From: an uncultured Candidatus Saccharibacteria bacterium
GTDB lineage: Bacteria; Patescibacteriota; Minisyncoccia; Sungbacterales; HO2-52-23
Direction: 5' to 3'
Length of the DNA stretch: 64,000 nt
NCBI GenBank assembly: GCA_964585475.1
Contig: CAZPDF010000006.1
Location: 8,531-72,530, forward strand
Shown: positions 39,625 to 48,515 of the stretch, piece after piece
Numbering within the stretch: the first letter of the stretch is position 1
Layout: the number at the start of each line of letters is the position of its first letter
The notes under the pieces: model-generated
Database searches by the model: none
What the model was told of the DNA's origin: nothing
What the model saw: the letters and a program-made list of their open reading frames with translations, nothing else
Position numbers and translations under genes: made by a program

Positions 39625-41175
39625 ATGCGGTCCTTGGTGGATCTTGGGCGAATCCGCGGCATAGAAGTTGAGCATCAAGCCCTCGTTACCATAAACGGCA
39701 AGACGCAGCCGGAATTTTTCATGGCGCCGGAACGGCAAAATGTTTTCTTTGAGAAACTTCTTCCTCCGGAGCTTACGTCTTCTTGGCTGACCCCGATGGT
39801 AAATTGGCTGTTCCTTGCTAACGGCGCCAAAATAGGAATTGATAGCGGTTGGCATCCGGAATATGCAACGCAAGAGGTAGATTGCTCTCTGGTCGCGCTT
39901 TCATGCGAAAAAGCAGGCGAGAATATCATGGCGGGAATAGCCAAGCGAGCGAATGAATACTGGAAGGAATATGGGATAACGGTGCGTTTCTTCAAAAATA
40001 ATTTGGATGCGTCAGGCCATGCCGATCACTCCTGCGGCATGCATGAGAGCTACATGTTTTTACGCGATGAGGATAAGCTCCGCATGGCTTATGTAGTTGA
40101 GTTGCTCTGGCCGCATCTTGTTTCGCGCAGCTTCTATACCGGAAATGGCTGGGTGGATAAAGAACTTTCATTTCATATCTCGCAGCGCGCCAAGGCCATT
40201 GAAGCATTTTTAACCGGAGCTACAACAAGCAAGCGCCCAATAGTCAACACCCGCGATGAGCCGCATGCCGATGCCGAAAAGTACCGCCGGATACATATTA
40301 TAGTCGGCGATTCTCTTATGGCTGATACGGCAATTTATTTGAGATCCGGAACTACCGCCTTGATTCTGGATATGATCGAGGAGGGCTTCCTTACAGAATG
40401 CCCCTTCCGCTGCGAGAACGATGAGAGAAAAGTGAAAATTCTGCATGATTTTTCCCAGGACATTACCCTGCGCAAGCCGGTCAAGTTTGATAGCGGTAAC
40501 TACACGATGGTTGATGTTCAGGAATGGTATTTTGAGCGGGCACAGGAATACTGCGAGAAAACCGGGCGCATGTCGGGAGAGCGAGAAGACGTACTTCGCC
40601 GTTGGGGAGATAGGATAACGTATGCGCGAAGCGACGATCCGGTCGGCGTTCTCTCTTCGTGTGTGGATTGGGCCGCCAAGAAGTGCCTCATCGAAGAAGA
40701 CATGAAGCGGTATGGCTACGGGTTTAATACCCCGCCGGATTCCGAAATTACGGTTTTGAAGAGGGATCCCAAAACCGGGAAGAGAAAAGAGGTACGCTCT
40801 CGGGTGTTTGATCATCTGAAAGCGCTGGATCTTAAGTTTTTGGAGCTTGGAGCGCAGGGCTACATGCAGAAACTTATTGAAACCGGTTTTATAGAGCGCC
40901 TGGCAACCGACGAGATGATAAGAGCCGTTGAGTATGGGCCCGTGCCGGATCTTCGCTCTTGCGCCAGGGCCGATGCGTGGCAATGGTATGTGGCTGAAGC
41001 TCAAAGGCGCGGCCGGGTGCTGACCGAAGCCGCAGACTGGATGTATTTTGCGGCCAAAGACGGGGACGAGAGGATAGAAAGATTCGGGAAAATGAAAGAC
41101 CCCTATGAAAGCCGCCTTAAGTTATTGTCGGCGCCGGAGGACACGGATTCTCAAGGGCCAACGGAAGCGCCATAG
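39625..41175 (+). CDS. pafA: PafA-like Pup/UBact-protein ligase
   Basis: GIEVE, FLANGA, HPEYAT.E, FKNNLD, G.HESY, SQRA, RPIVNTRDEPHAD, RRIHIIVGDS. Confidence 0.88.
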   Translation: MRSLVDLGRIRGIEVEHQALVTINGKTQPEFFMAPERQNVFFEKLLPPELTSSWLTPMVNWLFLANGAKIGIDSGWHPEYATQEVDCSLVALSCEKAGENIMAGIAKRANEYWKEYGITVRFFKNNLDASGHADHSCGMHESYMFLRDEDKLRMAYVVELLWPHLVSRSFYTGNGWVDKELSFHISQRAKAIEAFLTGATTSKRPIVNTRDEPHADAEKYRRIHIIVGDSLMADTAIYLRSGTTALILDMIEEGFLTECPFRCENDERKVKILHDFSQDITLRKPVKFDSGNYTMVDVQEWYFERAQEYCEKTGRMSGEREDVLRRWGDRITYARSDDPVGVLSSCVDWAAKKCLIEEDMKRYGYGFNTPPDSEITVLKRDPKTGKRKEVRSRVFDHLKALDLKFLELGAQGYMQKLIETGFIERLATDEMIRAVEYGPVPDLRSCARADAWQWYVAEAQRRGRVLTEAADWMYFAAKDGDERIERFGKMKDPYESRLKLLSAPEDTDSQGPTEAP

Positions 41176-41240
41176 GCCTTAATCGTACCGGACCAAGAGT
41201 CCGGTTTTAATTTGCGTGAAAATATTCTACTATAAGCAAT

Positions 41241-42845
41241 GTGAAATCTGATTTATCTTTATACCGCCTGCTTGAAATTTTTCCCGGGGCCATCGCCTGG
41301 GCAACGCTTTTCGGAATGGTAGTTGTCTCCTGGAGAGCACCGATTGCGGCAAGTTTTTTTATAATAGCATTCGATCTTTATTGGCTGCTGAAAACCATCT
41401 TTTTTACCTCGCATATCGTCGCCTCTTACCGGAAGATGCGGGAAAATTTAAAAATTGATTGGATGGGAAGACTGCGTGAAGTATCGGAGGATACTAATGG
41501 TAAAGTTCTCGACAAGCTCGAACAATACTCTTCGAGCGAGCCCTTCGACTCCGCTCAGGATAAACTTCGCGAGTCGAGAAGCTACAATTGGCAGGACCTT
41601 TATCATCTTATTATTCTTCCGGCGTATCAGGAGCCGTACGAGGTACTGCGGGCGTCTCTCCTGGCGATAAAAAACTCCAGCTGGCCGAAAGACCGGATGA
41701 TCGTGGTTTTGGGAATTGAAGAGCGCGGCGGAGAAGAGGATCAAATTGCGGCGGAAAAAATTAAACAGGAATTCGGATCCAATTTCGCGAAATTTCTAGT
41801 AACGGTGCACCCCGCCGGGCTTCCCGGAGAAATTCCGGGAAAAGGATCCAATGCAACCTGGGCTGCCAAAGCCGCGAAAAAAATTATTGATGATCTCCCG
41901 ATTCCGTATGAACGCGTAATCGTCTCCTCCCTGGATTCCGATACCAGGGTTTACCCGGATTATTTTGCCATTGTCGCGTATCACTACTTAACCGAGTCGG
42001 GTCCCCTTCAGGCCTCCTATCAACCCATTCCGGTTTATCACAATAATATCTGGGATGCTCCGGCAATATCGCGCGTGGTGTCCACGTCGGACACTTTCTG
42101 GCAAATGACCCAACAGTCGAGACCCGAGCGGCTCGAAACCTTCTCTTCGCATTCGATGCCGTTTAAATCATTGGTGGAGGTTGGATTTTGGCAGACCGAT
42201 ATAGTTTCTGAGGATTCTCGAATTTTCTGGCAATGCCTGCTGTATTATAACGGCGATTGGCGGGTGGTGCCGCTTTATTACCCGGTATCCATGGATGCCA
42301 ATCTTGCGCCGTCGTTTTGGCAGACTGCCAAAAATATTTATCGCCAGCACCGCCGTTGGGCTTGGGGAGTCGAAAATATACCCTACATGCTCTACGGCTT
42401 CTTCAAAAATAAATTTATTCCCTTAAGGAAAAAGCTTTTCTATGCATCTGATAAAATAGAGGGTTTCTGGTCGCTATCGACGAATGCCCTCCTTATTCTT
42501 TTTTTAGGATGGCTGCCGCCTCTTTTGGGGGGCGACGTATTCTCAACCACCGTCCTCGCGCATAATCTTCCGCGTATCACCCAGATTCTTCTGACGCTGG
42601 CGATGGTGGGACTTGCTTCGGCCGCAGTAATTTCTTTGGCCCTCCTCCCCACGAGGCCCAAGAAAAAACCTTATCACTGGAAGTGGTGGCTGGTGCTTGA
42701 GTGGCTTACGATCGTCGTAACCGGGACAATTTTTGGCGCAATCCCCGGACTTGAGGCGCAAACCCGTCTCATGCTAGGAAAAAAACTTGGATTTTGGAGA
42801 ACGCCCAAAGTGAGAAAATCCGAAATCCCAATCTCTAAATTCTAA
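41241..42845 (+). CDS. GT2-family membrane glycosyltransferase
   Basis: LPAYQEP, GKGSN, LDSDT, SEDSR, QHRRWAWG; in-frame palindromic insert at 41505-41581. Confidence 0.9.
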   Translation: MKSDLSLYRLLEIFPGAIAWATLFGMVVVSWRAPIAASFFIIAFDLYWLLKTIFFTSHIVASYRKMRENLKIDWMGRLREVSEDTNGKVLDKLEQYSSSEPFDSAQDKLRESRSYNWQDLYHLIILPAYQEPYEVLRASLLAIKNSSWPKDRMIVVLGIEERGGEEDQIAAEKIKQEFGSNFAKFLVTVHPAGLPGEIPGKGSNATWAAKAAKKIIDDLPIPYERVIVSSLDSDTRVYPDYFAIVAYHYLTESGPLQASYQPIPVYHNNIWDAPAISRVVSTSDTFWQMTQQSRPERLETFSSHSMPFKSLVEVGFWQTDIVSEDSRIFWQCLLYYNGDWRVVPLYYPVSMDANLAPSFWQTAKNIYRQHRRWAWGVENIPYMLYGFFKNKFIPLRKKLFYASDKIEGFWSLSTNALLILFLGWLPPLLGGDVFSTTVLAHNLPRITQILLTLAMVGLASAAVISLALLPTRPKKKPYHWKWWLVLEWLTIVVTGTIFGAIPGLEAQTRLMLGKKLGFWRTPKVRKSEIPISKF

Positions 42846-43050
42846 ATATCTCCACTAATCAAAATTCAAAATGACAGTGCAAAATCTAAAATTGATACGG
42901 GGTGTCATCCTGAGCGAAGCGAAGCCCTGTAGAATCACCCATGGGGAGCTCTACGGGGCGAAGGATCTCAGAGATCCCTCAGCCGCCTCGCTCCTTCAGG
43001 ATGACGGTAGAACCGTCAATCTTGCATTTTGAATTTTATTATTTCTGGCA

Positions 43051-43200
43051 GAATACCTCGCAGCTTTGCTGCGAGGATGAATGCCAGCCCGTAGCGAAGT
43101 CCCGGCTTGCCGGGACGAAGCGGAGGAAATAACCCCGACGTAGTCGTCCGATTTCAAGACGCGTATTCCGTCGAGGAATACCCCGCAGCTCTGCTGCGGG
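43051..43200. repeat. IS200/IS605-like paired hairpins (AATACC(T/C)CGCAGCT.TGCTGCG)
   Basis: Two similar hairpins at about 43051-43076 and 43177-43200. Confidence 0.6.
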
Positions 43201-43206
43201 CGTCGG

Positions 43207-45771
43207 TTATTCAAAGTGTATTTCTCTCTCCATTTTTTCCAGCCGTTCTTTGAGTAAGGGATAAAGCCTAAGATCTGGGCTTTTTTGGATAAGTTCGATC
43301 GCCTCTCGTCTTACCTCGCGCACCAGCTTTACGTCCGTGACGGCCTCGATCACCGCATCCGGAACCCCCCATTGCCTTTGTCCGAAAAGGTCCCCCGGGC
43401 CTCGTATTTCAAGGTCTTTTTCCGCAAGTTCAAACCCGTTTTTTGCTTCAACCACCGCGCGAAGGCGGCGAGTTACCATGCCGTCCTCGCTCGGGAAAAG
43501 AAAACAGTACGACTGGTCGGCACCCCTCCCCACTCTTCCGCGGAATTGATGCAGAGTCGCAAGGCCGAATCTTTCTGCGCCCTCGATCATCATTATGGTG
43601 GCGTTCGGATTATCAATGCCTACTTCCACCACCGAAGTTGATACGAGAATTTGGATTTCTTCGTTTTTAAACTTTTTCATTACCGCTTCTTTCTCCTTGG
43701 ATTTTAATTTTCCGTGTAGCATCCCCACACTTAAATCTCTGAATATCTCGTCTTTCAGTTTTTTATATTCCTCTTTCACGGCTTTCACCTCGGCAAGCAG
43801 TAGCTTTGGTTGCGTCGTACCTGTCGTTTGTTGCTTGCCCACTCCGCTCTCGCTTGAGCGAGGCGAGTCGTTTGTCGCTAACTCTATTCGCGGACAAATG
43901 ACAAATGCCTGTCTTCCTCTCCCCACCTCCTCCCTAATAAATTGATACGCCTCGCCCCGTCTAGTTGGTTCTACAATTTTCGTAATGATTTCTTTTCTGG
44001 ATTTTGGCATCTCATCAAGGATGGAAAGGTCAAGGTCGCCGTAGACGGTAAGCGCCAAGGTGCGGGGAATCGGAGTCGCGCTCATGCTCAAAAAATGAGG
44101 CATGAGCGCCGCGGACTGACGCGGACTTGATTCCTCAAGCGCGGACCTACGCTGACTACGCGCTGTATCATATACAATTCTTTTTATCTCAGCTCCTTGA
44201 GGACCGAAGTTAACCAGTAGGGCTACTTTATATTCTGAACCCTTTACATAAGTCCATAGTTGCTTTTTTTCTGTAGTGCCTATAAAAGGAAGTGCTTTGA
44301 GTTCTATAATTACTTTGTCGTCAACAATAAAGTCCGGTTGATATATTCCAACTTTTTTACCTCCAAAAGTAACAGTTAGTGGTTTGCCTTCAACAAAATT
44401 TAAGCCGGCCGTCCTGAAAGCTTCTGCCAACGCCTTTTGATACACCGACTCTTTATGCCCGAATCCTATTTGATCTGTAACTTTAAAAACGCACCCCCGG
44501 ATTTTATAGGTGACATCCTCGTATAAAAGTTTTCCCGATTCCGCGTTAGTCCGCGTTATATTCTCTGTCCGCGCCTGTCCGCGAACCAGCGCCATGCGTT
44601 GGTTGACTCCAAATCGATGTTGTTCGTCCACCACGACAAGTCCGAGATCTGGAATTTTAAACCTTTCCTGTATTAGCGCATGCGTGCCAACGATAATATC
44701 GGGGTCGTGCGCAATCTTTTTTTCCGCGCCGAGTGCTAAACCCACTTTTATTCCGAAAGTCGCAAGCAATTTTTCAATCGTTTCATAGTGCTGCCTCGCC
44801 AAGATCTCGGTTGGCGCCATGAAGGCTACCCTGTATCCGGCTTTTATGGCCAGAAGTGAGGCGGCTGCTGCAACCACTGTTTTGCCGGACCCCACATCTC
44901 CTTCCAGGAGCCGGTTCATGGGTTTGGGTTTTGAAATATCCTGCGCGATTTCCCAGATGGAACGGCGTTGGGCGCTGGTGAGTTCGTAAGGCAGCGAGCG
45001 CACGAACTCTTTGAGGAGGGGAACCATCGCAGGAATTTCGGGCGCCTGATACTGCTTGAGTGTCAGGCGCGCCTTTAGAGCCCTCAGCTGTATGAGAAGG
45101 AGTGTCTCGAAATTGAAACGGCGGCGCGCTCGCTCCGCCTCCGATTTGTTTTTGGGGAAATGAATTGCGCCGAGCGCGTCTTGAAGGTTGGGCAGGAGAT
45201 ATTTATGACGCGTTTCCGAAGGCAAAGGGTCGGAGAGTTTCGACTTTAGCTCAATAAACGATTTTATAAGGAAGCGGAGCCAGCGTGAAGAAATTCCAGA
45301 AGTTTCCGGATAAATTGCGACGAGCCCCCCTGTGTGTATGTTGGTTACTGGTAACTGGTTACTGGCTATTTTCTCATATGCCGGATTCTGCAGATAAAGT
45401 CCTCCGGTTCCCGTAGCTGTTTTTCCGGACATACTCACCGTATCCCCCGCCTTTAAATTCCGCAGTAAAAACGGCTGGTTAAACCAAAGTGCTTTTATTG
45501 CTCCGGTTCCATCCTCAATTTTGGCCTCGGTAAGAAACATACGCTTTCGCAGGGTTCTGCGGCCGGAAATAGTTTTTATTTTCCCCATGATTGTTACGGT
45601 CTCGCCAAGCAAGAGATCGCGTATGGCCTTTCTATTTGAAAAATCTTCGTAGCGCGTGGGGAAATGGAAGAGCAAATCCCGAATGGTTTTTATGCCAAGG
45701 CGTTTCAGGGGCGGTACGATCCGCCGGCTTATTTTGGGGACGTTTTCTATCGGGGTACTCAAGGAAATCAT
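43207..45771 (-). CDS. recG: ATP-dependent DNA helicase RecG with an in-frame GxxExxY nuclease insertion
   Basis: MNRLLEGDVGSGKT, APTEILA.QH, DEQHRFG, MSATPIPRTL, LHQFRGRVGRG, DLEIRGPG; start MISLSTP. Confidence 0.95.
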   Translation of the reverse strand: MISLSTPIENVPKISRRIVPPLKRLGIKTIRDLLFHFPTRYEDFSNRKAIRDLLLGETVTIMGKIKTISGRRTLRKRMFLTEAKIEDGTGAIKALWFNQPFLLRNLKAGDTVSMSGKTATGTGGLYLQNPAYEKIASNQLPVTNIHTGGLVAIYPETSGISSRWLRFLIKSFIELKSKLSDPLPSETRHKYLLPNLQDALGAIHFPKNKSEAERARRRFNFETLLLIQLRALKARLTLKQYQAPEIPAMVPLLKEFVRSLPYELTSAQRRSIWEIAQDISKPKPMNRLLEGDVGSGKTVVAAAASLLAIKAGYRVAFMAPTEILARQHYETIEKLLATFGIKVGLALGAEKKIAHDPDIIVGTHALIQERFKIPDLGLVVVDEQHRFGVNQRMALVRGQARTENITRTNAESGKLLYEDVTYKIRGCVFKVTDQIGFGHKESVYQKALAEAFRTAGLNFVEGKPLTVTFGGKKVGIYQPDFIVDDKVIIELKALPFIGTTEKKQLWTYVKGSEYKVALLVNFGPQGAEIKRIVYDTARSQRRSALEESSPRQSAALMPHFLSMSATPIPRTLALTVYGDLDLSILDEMPKSRKEIITKIVEPTRRGEAYQFIREEVGRGRQAFVICPRIELATNDSPRSSESGVGKQQTTGTTQPKLLLAEVKAVKEEYKKLKDEIFRDLSVGMLHGKLKSKEKEAVMKKFKNEEIQILVSTSVVEVGIDNPNATIMMIEGAERFGLATLHQFRGRVGRGADQSYCFLFPSEDGMVTRRLRAVVEAKNGFELAEKDLEIRGPGDLFGQRQWGVPDAVIEAVTDVKLVREVRREAIELIQKSPDLRLYPLLKERLEKMEREIHFE
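44108..44585 (-). mobile_element. GxxExxY (PD-(D/E)XK) cassette bounded by inverted CGCGGAC/GTCCGCG repeat arrays, inserted in recG
   Basis: GHKESVY, PDFIVDDKVIIELK, QLWTY, LLVNFG; AT-richer than the flanking recG. Confidence 0.85.
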
Positions 45772-45778
45772 GTATTCA

Positions 45779-45884
45779 CCCTCCCACCAAAAAGCTACGG
45801 GTGTCAAACCGGGATGAGGTGCATAAGCCCGCAGGACAATAAGCCAAATGTTGCGGCTGTACCCCCTCAAATTTGGTGGGAGGG
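45779..45884. repeat. CCCTCCCACCAAA/TTTGGTGGGAGGG inverted-repeat element just upstream of recG
   Basis: Same ends flank tRNA-Leu at 12957-13063. Confidence 0.75.
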
Positions 45885-45946
45885 TTAAGTATATAGCTTA
45901 TTTTCCGCCAAAAGAAAAACGGCACGCATGCCGTTTTTCTAAAGTG

Positions 45947-46018
45947 TGCCCTCGAGAGGAATTGAACCCCTATTTGAAGCTCCGCAAGCTTCCGTCCTGT
46001 CCGTTGAACGACGAGGGC
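45947..46018 (-). tRNA. tRNA-Arg(GCG)
   Basis: GCCCTCG/CGAGGGC acceptor; GAAGC-TTGCGGA-GCTTC. Confidence 0.94.
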
Positions 46019-46053
46019 TCCTCTTTATATATCCAAGTTTTGGACAAAGCCCT

Positions 46054-46611
46054 TTAAAATCCAAGAGCACGTGCTATCTGATCCGTAATTAATTCTTTAT
46101 GCTCTTCTTCGGGGAGGTGGTTTTTAAGGATTCTCCTAATTTTTTCCGGATCGGTACTCCCCAGCGGTAGCACCACAAAAGGCGTAAGCGGTTTTTTGGT
46201 TTCAAGTGACAGCTCGTTCCCGTCGGCTCGTTTAAAGATCCAAAATGATTTTAACTCCGTAAAAGGCGTGGTTTTATTGCCTGTTCGTATCCCGTCTTGC
46301 CCGATCGCGCAGGAAATTTCTCGGGGGGAGCGAGCCGCATACATCAAGATTACAATAAAGGAAAGGGTTATCAGTGCGACAAAAAAGTAACTCCGGGTGA
46401 ATATGCCAAAAATTATAAATGCCGTAGCCCCAAGGGCCATGAAAAGAAACCAGCGCGAACCGTGCCTCACTTTTGAGTATTCCGGGGTGGCCCATTCCCA
46501 AAGTTCCTCCCGTTCTTCTCTTACTGCCAGCGGAGTTTCCTCGAGATTCGTTTCAAGGACTTCGTTTTCTTTTCTATCGCGGTTTCGAAGATCAATGACG
46601 TTATTGATCAT
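46054..46611 (-). CDS. Conserved CPR membrane protein (2 TM plus PH-like domain)
   Basis: WEW.TPEY....W, two TMs, ELKSFWI. Confidence 0.7.
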   Translation of the reverse strand: MINNVIDLRNRDRKENEVLETNLEETPLAVREEREELWEWATPEYSKVRHGSRWFLFMALGATAFIIFGIFTRSYFFVALITLSFIVILMYAARSPREISCAIGQDGIRTGNKTTPFTELKSFWIFKRADGNELSLETKKPLTPFVVLPLGSTDPEKIRRILKNHLPEEEHKELITDQIARALGF

Positions 46612-46767
46612 GTAGCGTATTCTAACACGAAGATATGTTAAAGAAAAGCTTATTGAAGCGCATTAAGAAAAATGCGGAGAGAATAGGCATAAAATTTTGA
46701 TAAATGTTATGCCCAAAACTTCTAACGGGATTCATAACTGCATGATAGCAAATTTGATTTAAAAATG

Positions 46768-46891
46768 AAGCTCCACGGGCAAGCCCGTGATATCCCGTCC
46801 TACGGTCGCGCCCTGAAGGCGCGCCCGTGGAGCGAAATCCAGCACCGAAGACCACCATTCATCCACGGGCAAGCCCGTGGTCTTCTGGTGC
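46768..46891. mobile_element. IS200/IS605-like non-autonomous hairpin element, second copy
   Basis: Two ccacgggcaagcccgtg hairpins; matches 39290-39411 in reverse. Confidence 0.75.
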
Positions 46892-46944
46892 TGTTGACCA
46901 AATGCGCGGAGTAAGTCCGCGCATTTTGTCTTCCGAGGCGGATT

Positions 46945-47865
46945 TTAATGAATTGTACTGTCGAGAAGTATGCCGTCCGCCCAATAGAATCCAGTTTCGC
47001 CGGAAGGGAGAATGTCGTACGTATAACCTTTTTGATAAGATACCATCTCGGCAGTTATTACACGGCCTCCATCCATAAGGTCTCCAACAGAAAGATCGCC
47101 CATAATTCGTCCGTCTCCGATTGGATGCCCGGATGAAGCGAAAATTTCTCGTCCGTCAGCCAGAAGCAGATGGATTACCTCATGAGTGGATGGTACGGGA
47201 GTTTTGGCGGTTTCAACAACGAAGGCAGAAATACGTTCACCCAAATTATTGACCGTCCAAATCGCCATCCCTTTTTGCAAATGTTCTACAGGAATAGCAC
47301 CCGAGGGCGTATCAATCAATGTATTTTCTGTAAGACATATCGGGCAGGGCCGGTTAAAATCGGTTTTCTTTATAAACACGGCAGTATTTCCTTCGATGCG
47401 AGTGAGTGTCAGCGTTATAGTACAGCCGTTACTTACGATTTCTCCGATACGTAAAGTCAAGGGATGCCCTTGGCCAGTCACTACAGGATATTCCCAAAAA
47501 TTCAGGCCCGTGACGCGGTCAGTATAAATTTTCTCCAACAAGAAAGAACTCTCTCGTTGCCCTTCCCGCAGAGATATTTGTTCTCCATCCGGTTTCGGTA
47601 AAGGCGCAGGACCCGGCCTTGGAACGGGTATAGGAGCCGGGGCCGGAGTGGGAGGCGAGGTTGCGGGACATTCCGCAAATTCACAATTGGGGCCGGTACG
47701 GCTGACATAACTTCCGTCGGGGCACTGCCGTGTTTCTTGAGTGCAGGCCTTCGGAAGCGGCGGAGATTTTTTGAACAAAATTAAATATCCTGCTGCTCCG
47801 GCAAATATAACAATAAGGATGACAACCAGTATATTTGTAAATCCTTTTTGCTGATCCTCGTTCAT
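46945..47865 (-). CDS. Membrane-anchored protein with a CPDGS cysteine module and a C-terminal Hint domain
   Basis: QKGF pilin-like leader and TM; CTQETRQCPDGSYVSRTGPNCEF; CLTENTLIDTPSG..PVEHL..G, SSGHP, TYDI, YWADGIL. Confidence 0.8.
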   Translation of the reverse strand: MNEDQQKGFTNILVVILIVIFAGAAGYLILFKKSPPLPKACTQETRQCPDGSYVSRTGPNCEFAECPATSPPTPAPAPIPVPRPGPAPLPKPDGEQISLREGQRESSFLLEKIYTDRVTGLNFWEYPVVTGQGHPLTLRIGEIVSNGCTITLTLTRIEGNTAVFIKKTDFNRPCPICLTENTLIDTPSGAIPVEHLQKGMAIWTVNNLGERISAFVVETAKTPVPSTHEVIHLLLADGREIFASSGHPIGDGRIMGDLSVGDLMDGGRVITAEMVSYQKGYTYDILPSGETGFYWADGILLDSTIH

Positions 47866-47881
47866 ATCCGTCCCGAGCGGC

Positions 47882-48484
47882 TCAAAATTTAACCTGCGGA
47901 ACCCTTTTTTCTTCCGCTGGAATCGCTATAAACTCTGCTTTTTTGAATCGGAAGAACGAGGCGACAAAATTAAGCGGAACCGATTCCATTTTTACATTCA
48001 GCTCCCGTACCGCCTCGTTGTATCTTCGCCGATCCGCCTGAATCGCATCTTCCACCTCGGCGAGTTTGCGCTGAAGATCCAGAAAATTCTGGTTGGCTTT
48101 AAGATCCGGATAATTTTCCGCAACGGCAAATAGCGTTTTAAGAAACCCGCTTATTTGATTTTCCAAGCCGGCTCGCTCCTGTGGCCCGGATGCGCCCGAC
48201 AACATGGACCTTGCGTTTGTAACCCGTTCTAAAAGTTCCCGCTCATGCGTTGCGTACCCTCGGACGCTTTCAACCAAATTGGGAATAAGGTCGTTCCTAC
48301 GCTTTAGTTGAGTTTCAATATTCGCCCAGGCCTCATCGGCTCTCCGCCTAACACTCACCAAACTGTTATAAGCCCATACCACCCAACCGACAAAAGACCC
48401 GATCCCTCCCAAGATGGCATACAAAACATACAACAGAAGTTTCTCAAAATTAATTACCGACTTTAATAAAGAAATTATGTCCAT
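47882..48484 (-). CDS. lemA: LemA family protein
   Basis: YNSLV, LKRRNDLIPNLVE.V.GYA.HE, AVAENYPDLKANQNFL. Confidence 0.95.
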   Translation of the reverse strand: MDIISLLKSVINFEKLLLYVLYAILGGIGSFVGWVVWAYNSLVSVRRRADEAWANIETQLKRRNDLIPNLVESVRGYATHERELLERVTNARSMLSGASGPQERAGLENQISGFLKTLFAVAENYPDLKANQNFLDLQRKLAEVEDAIQADRRRYNEAVRELNVKMESVPLNFVASFFRFKKAEFIAIPAEEKRVPQVKF

Positions 48485-48515
48485 AGAGATTAAATTTAGT
48501 TGAATGTTATATTTT

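Noticed and set aside
39157-39873. 238-aa minus-strand ORF sharing a peptide with the ORF at 46827
   Set aside because: The shared peptide is just the translation of the repeated MITE
44108-44585. Intein in RecG
   Set aside because: No Cys/Ser-initiated block A or terminal His-Asn; the insert is a GxxExxY nuclease
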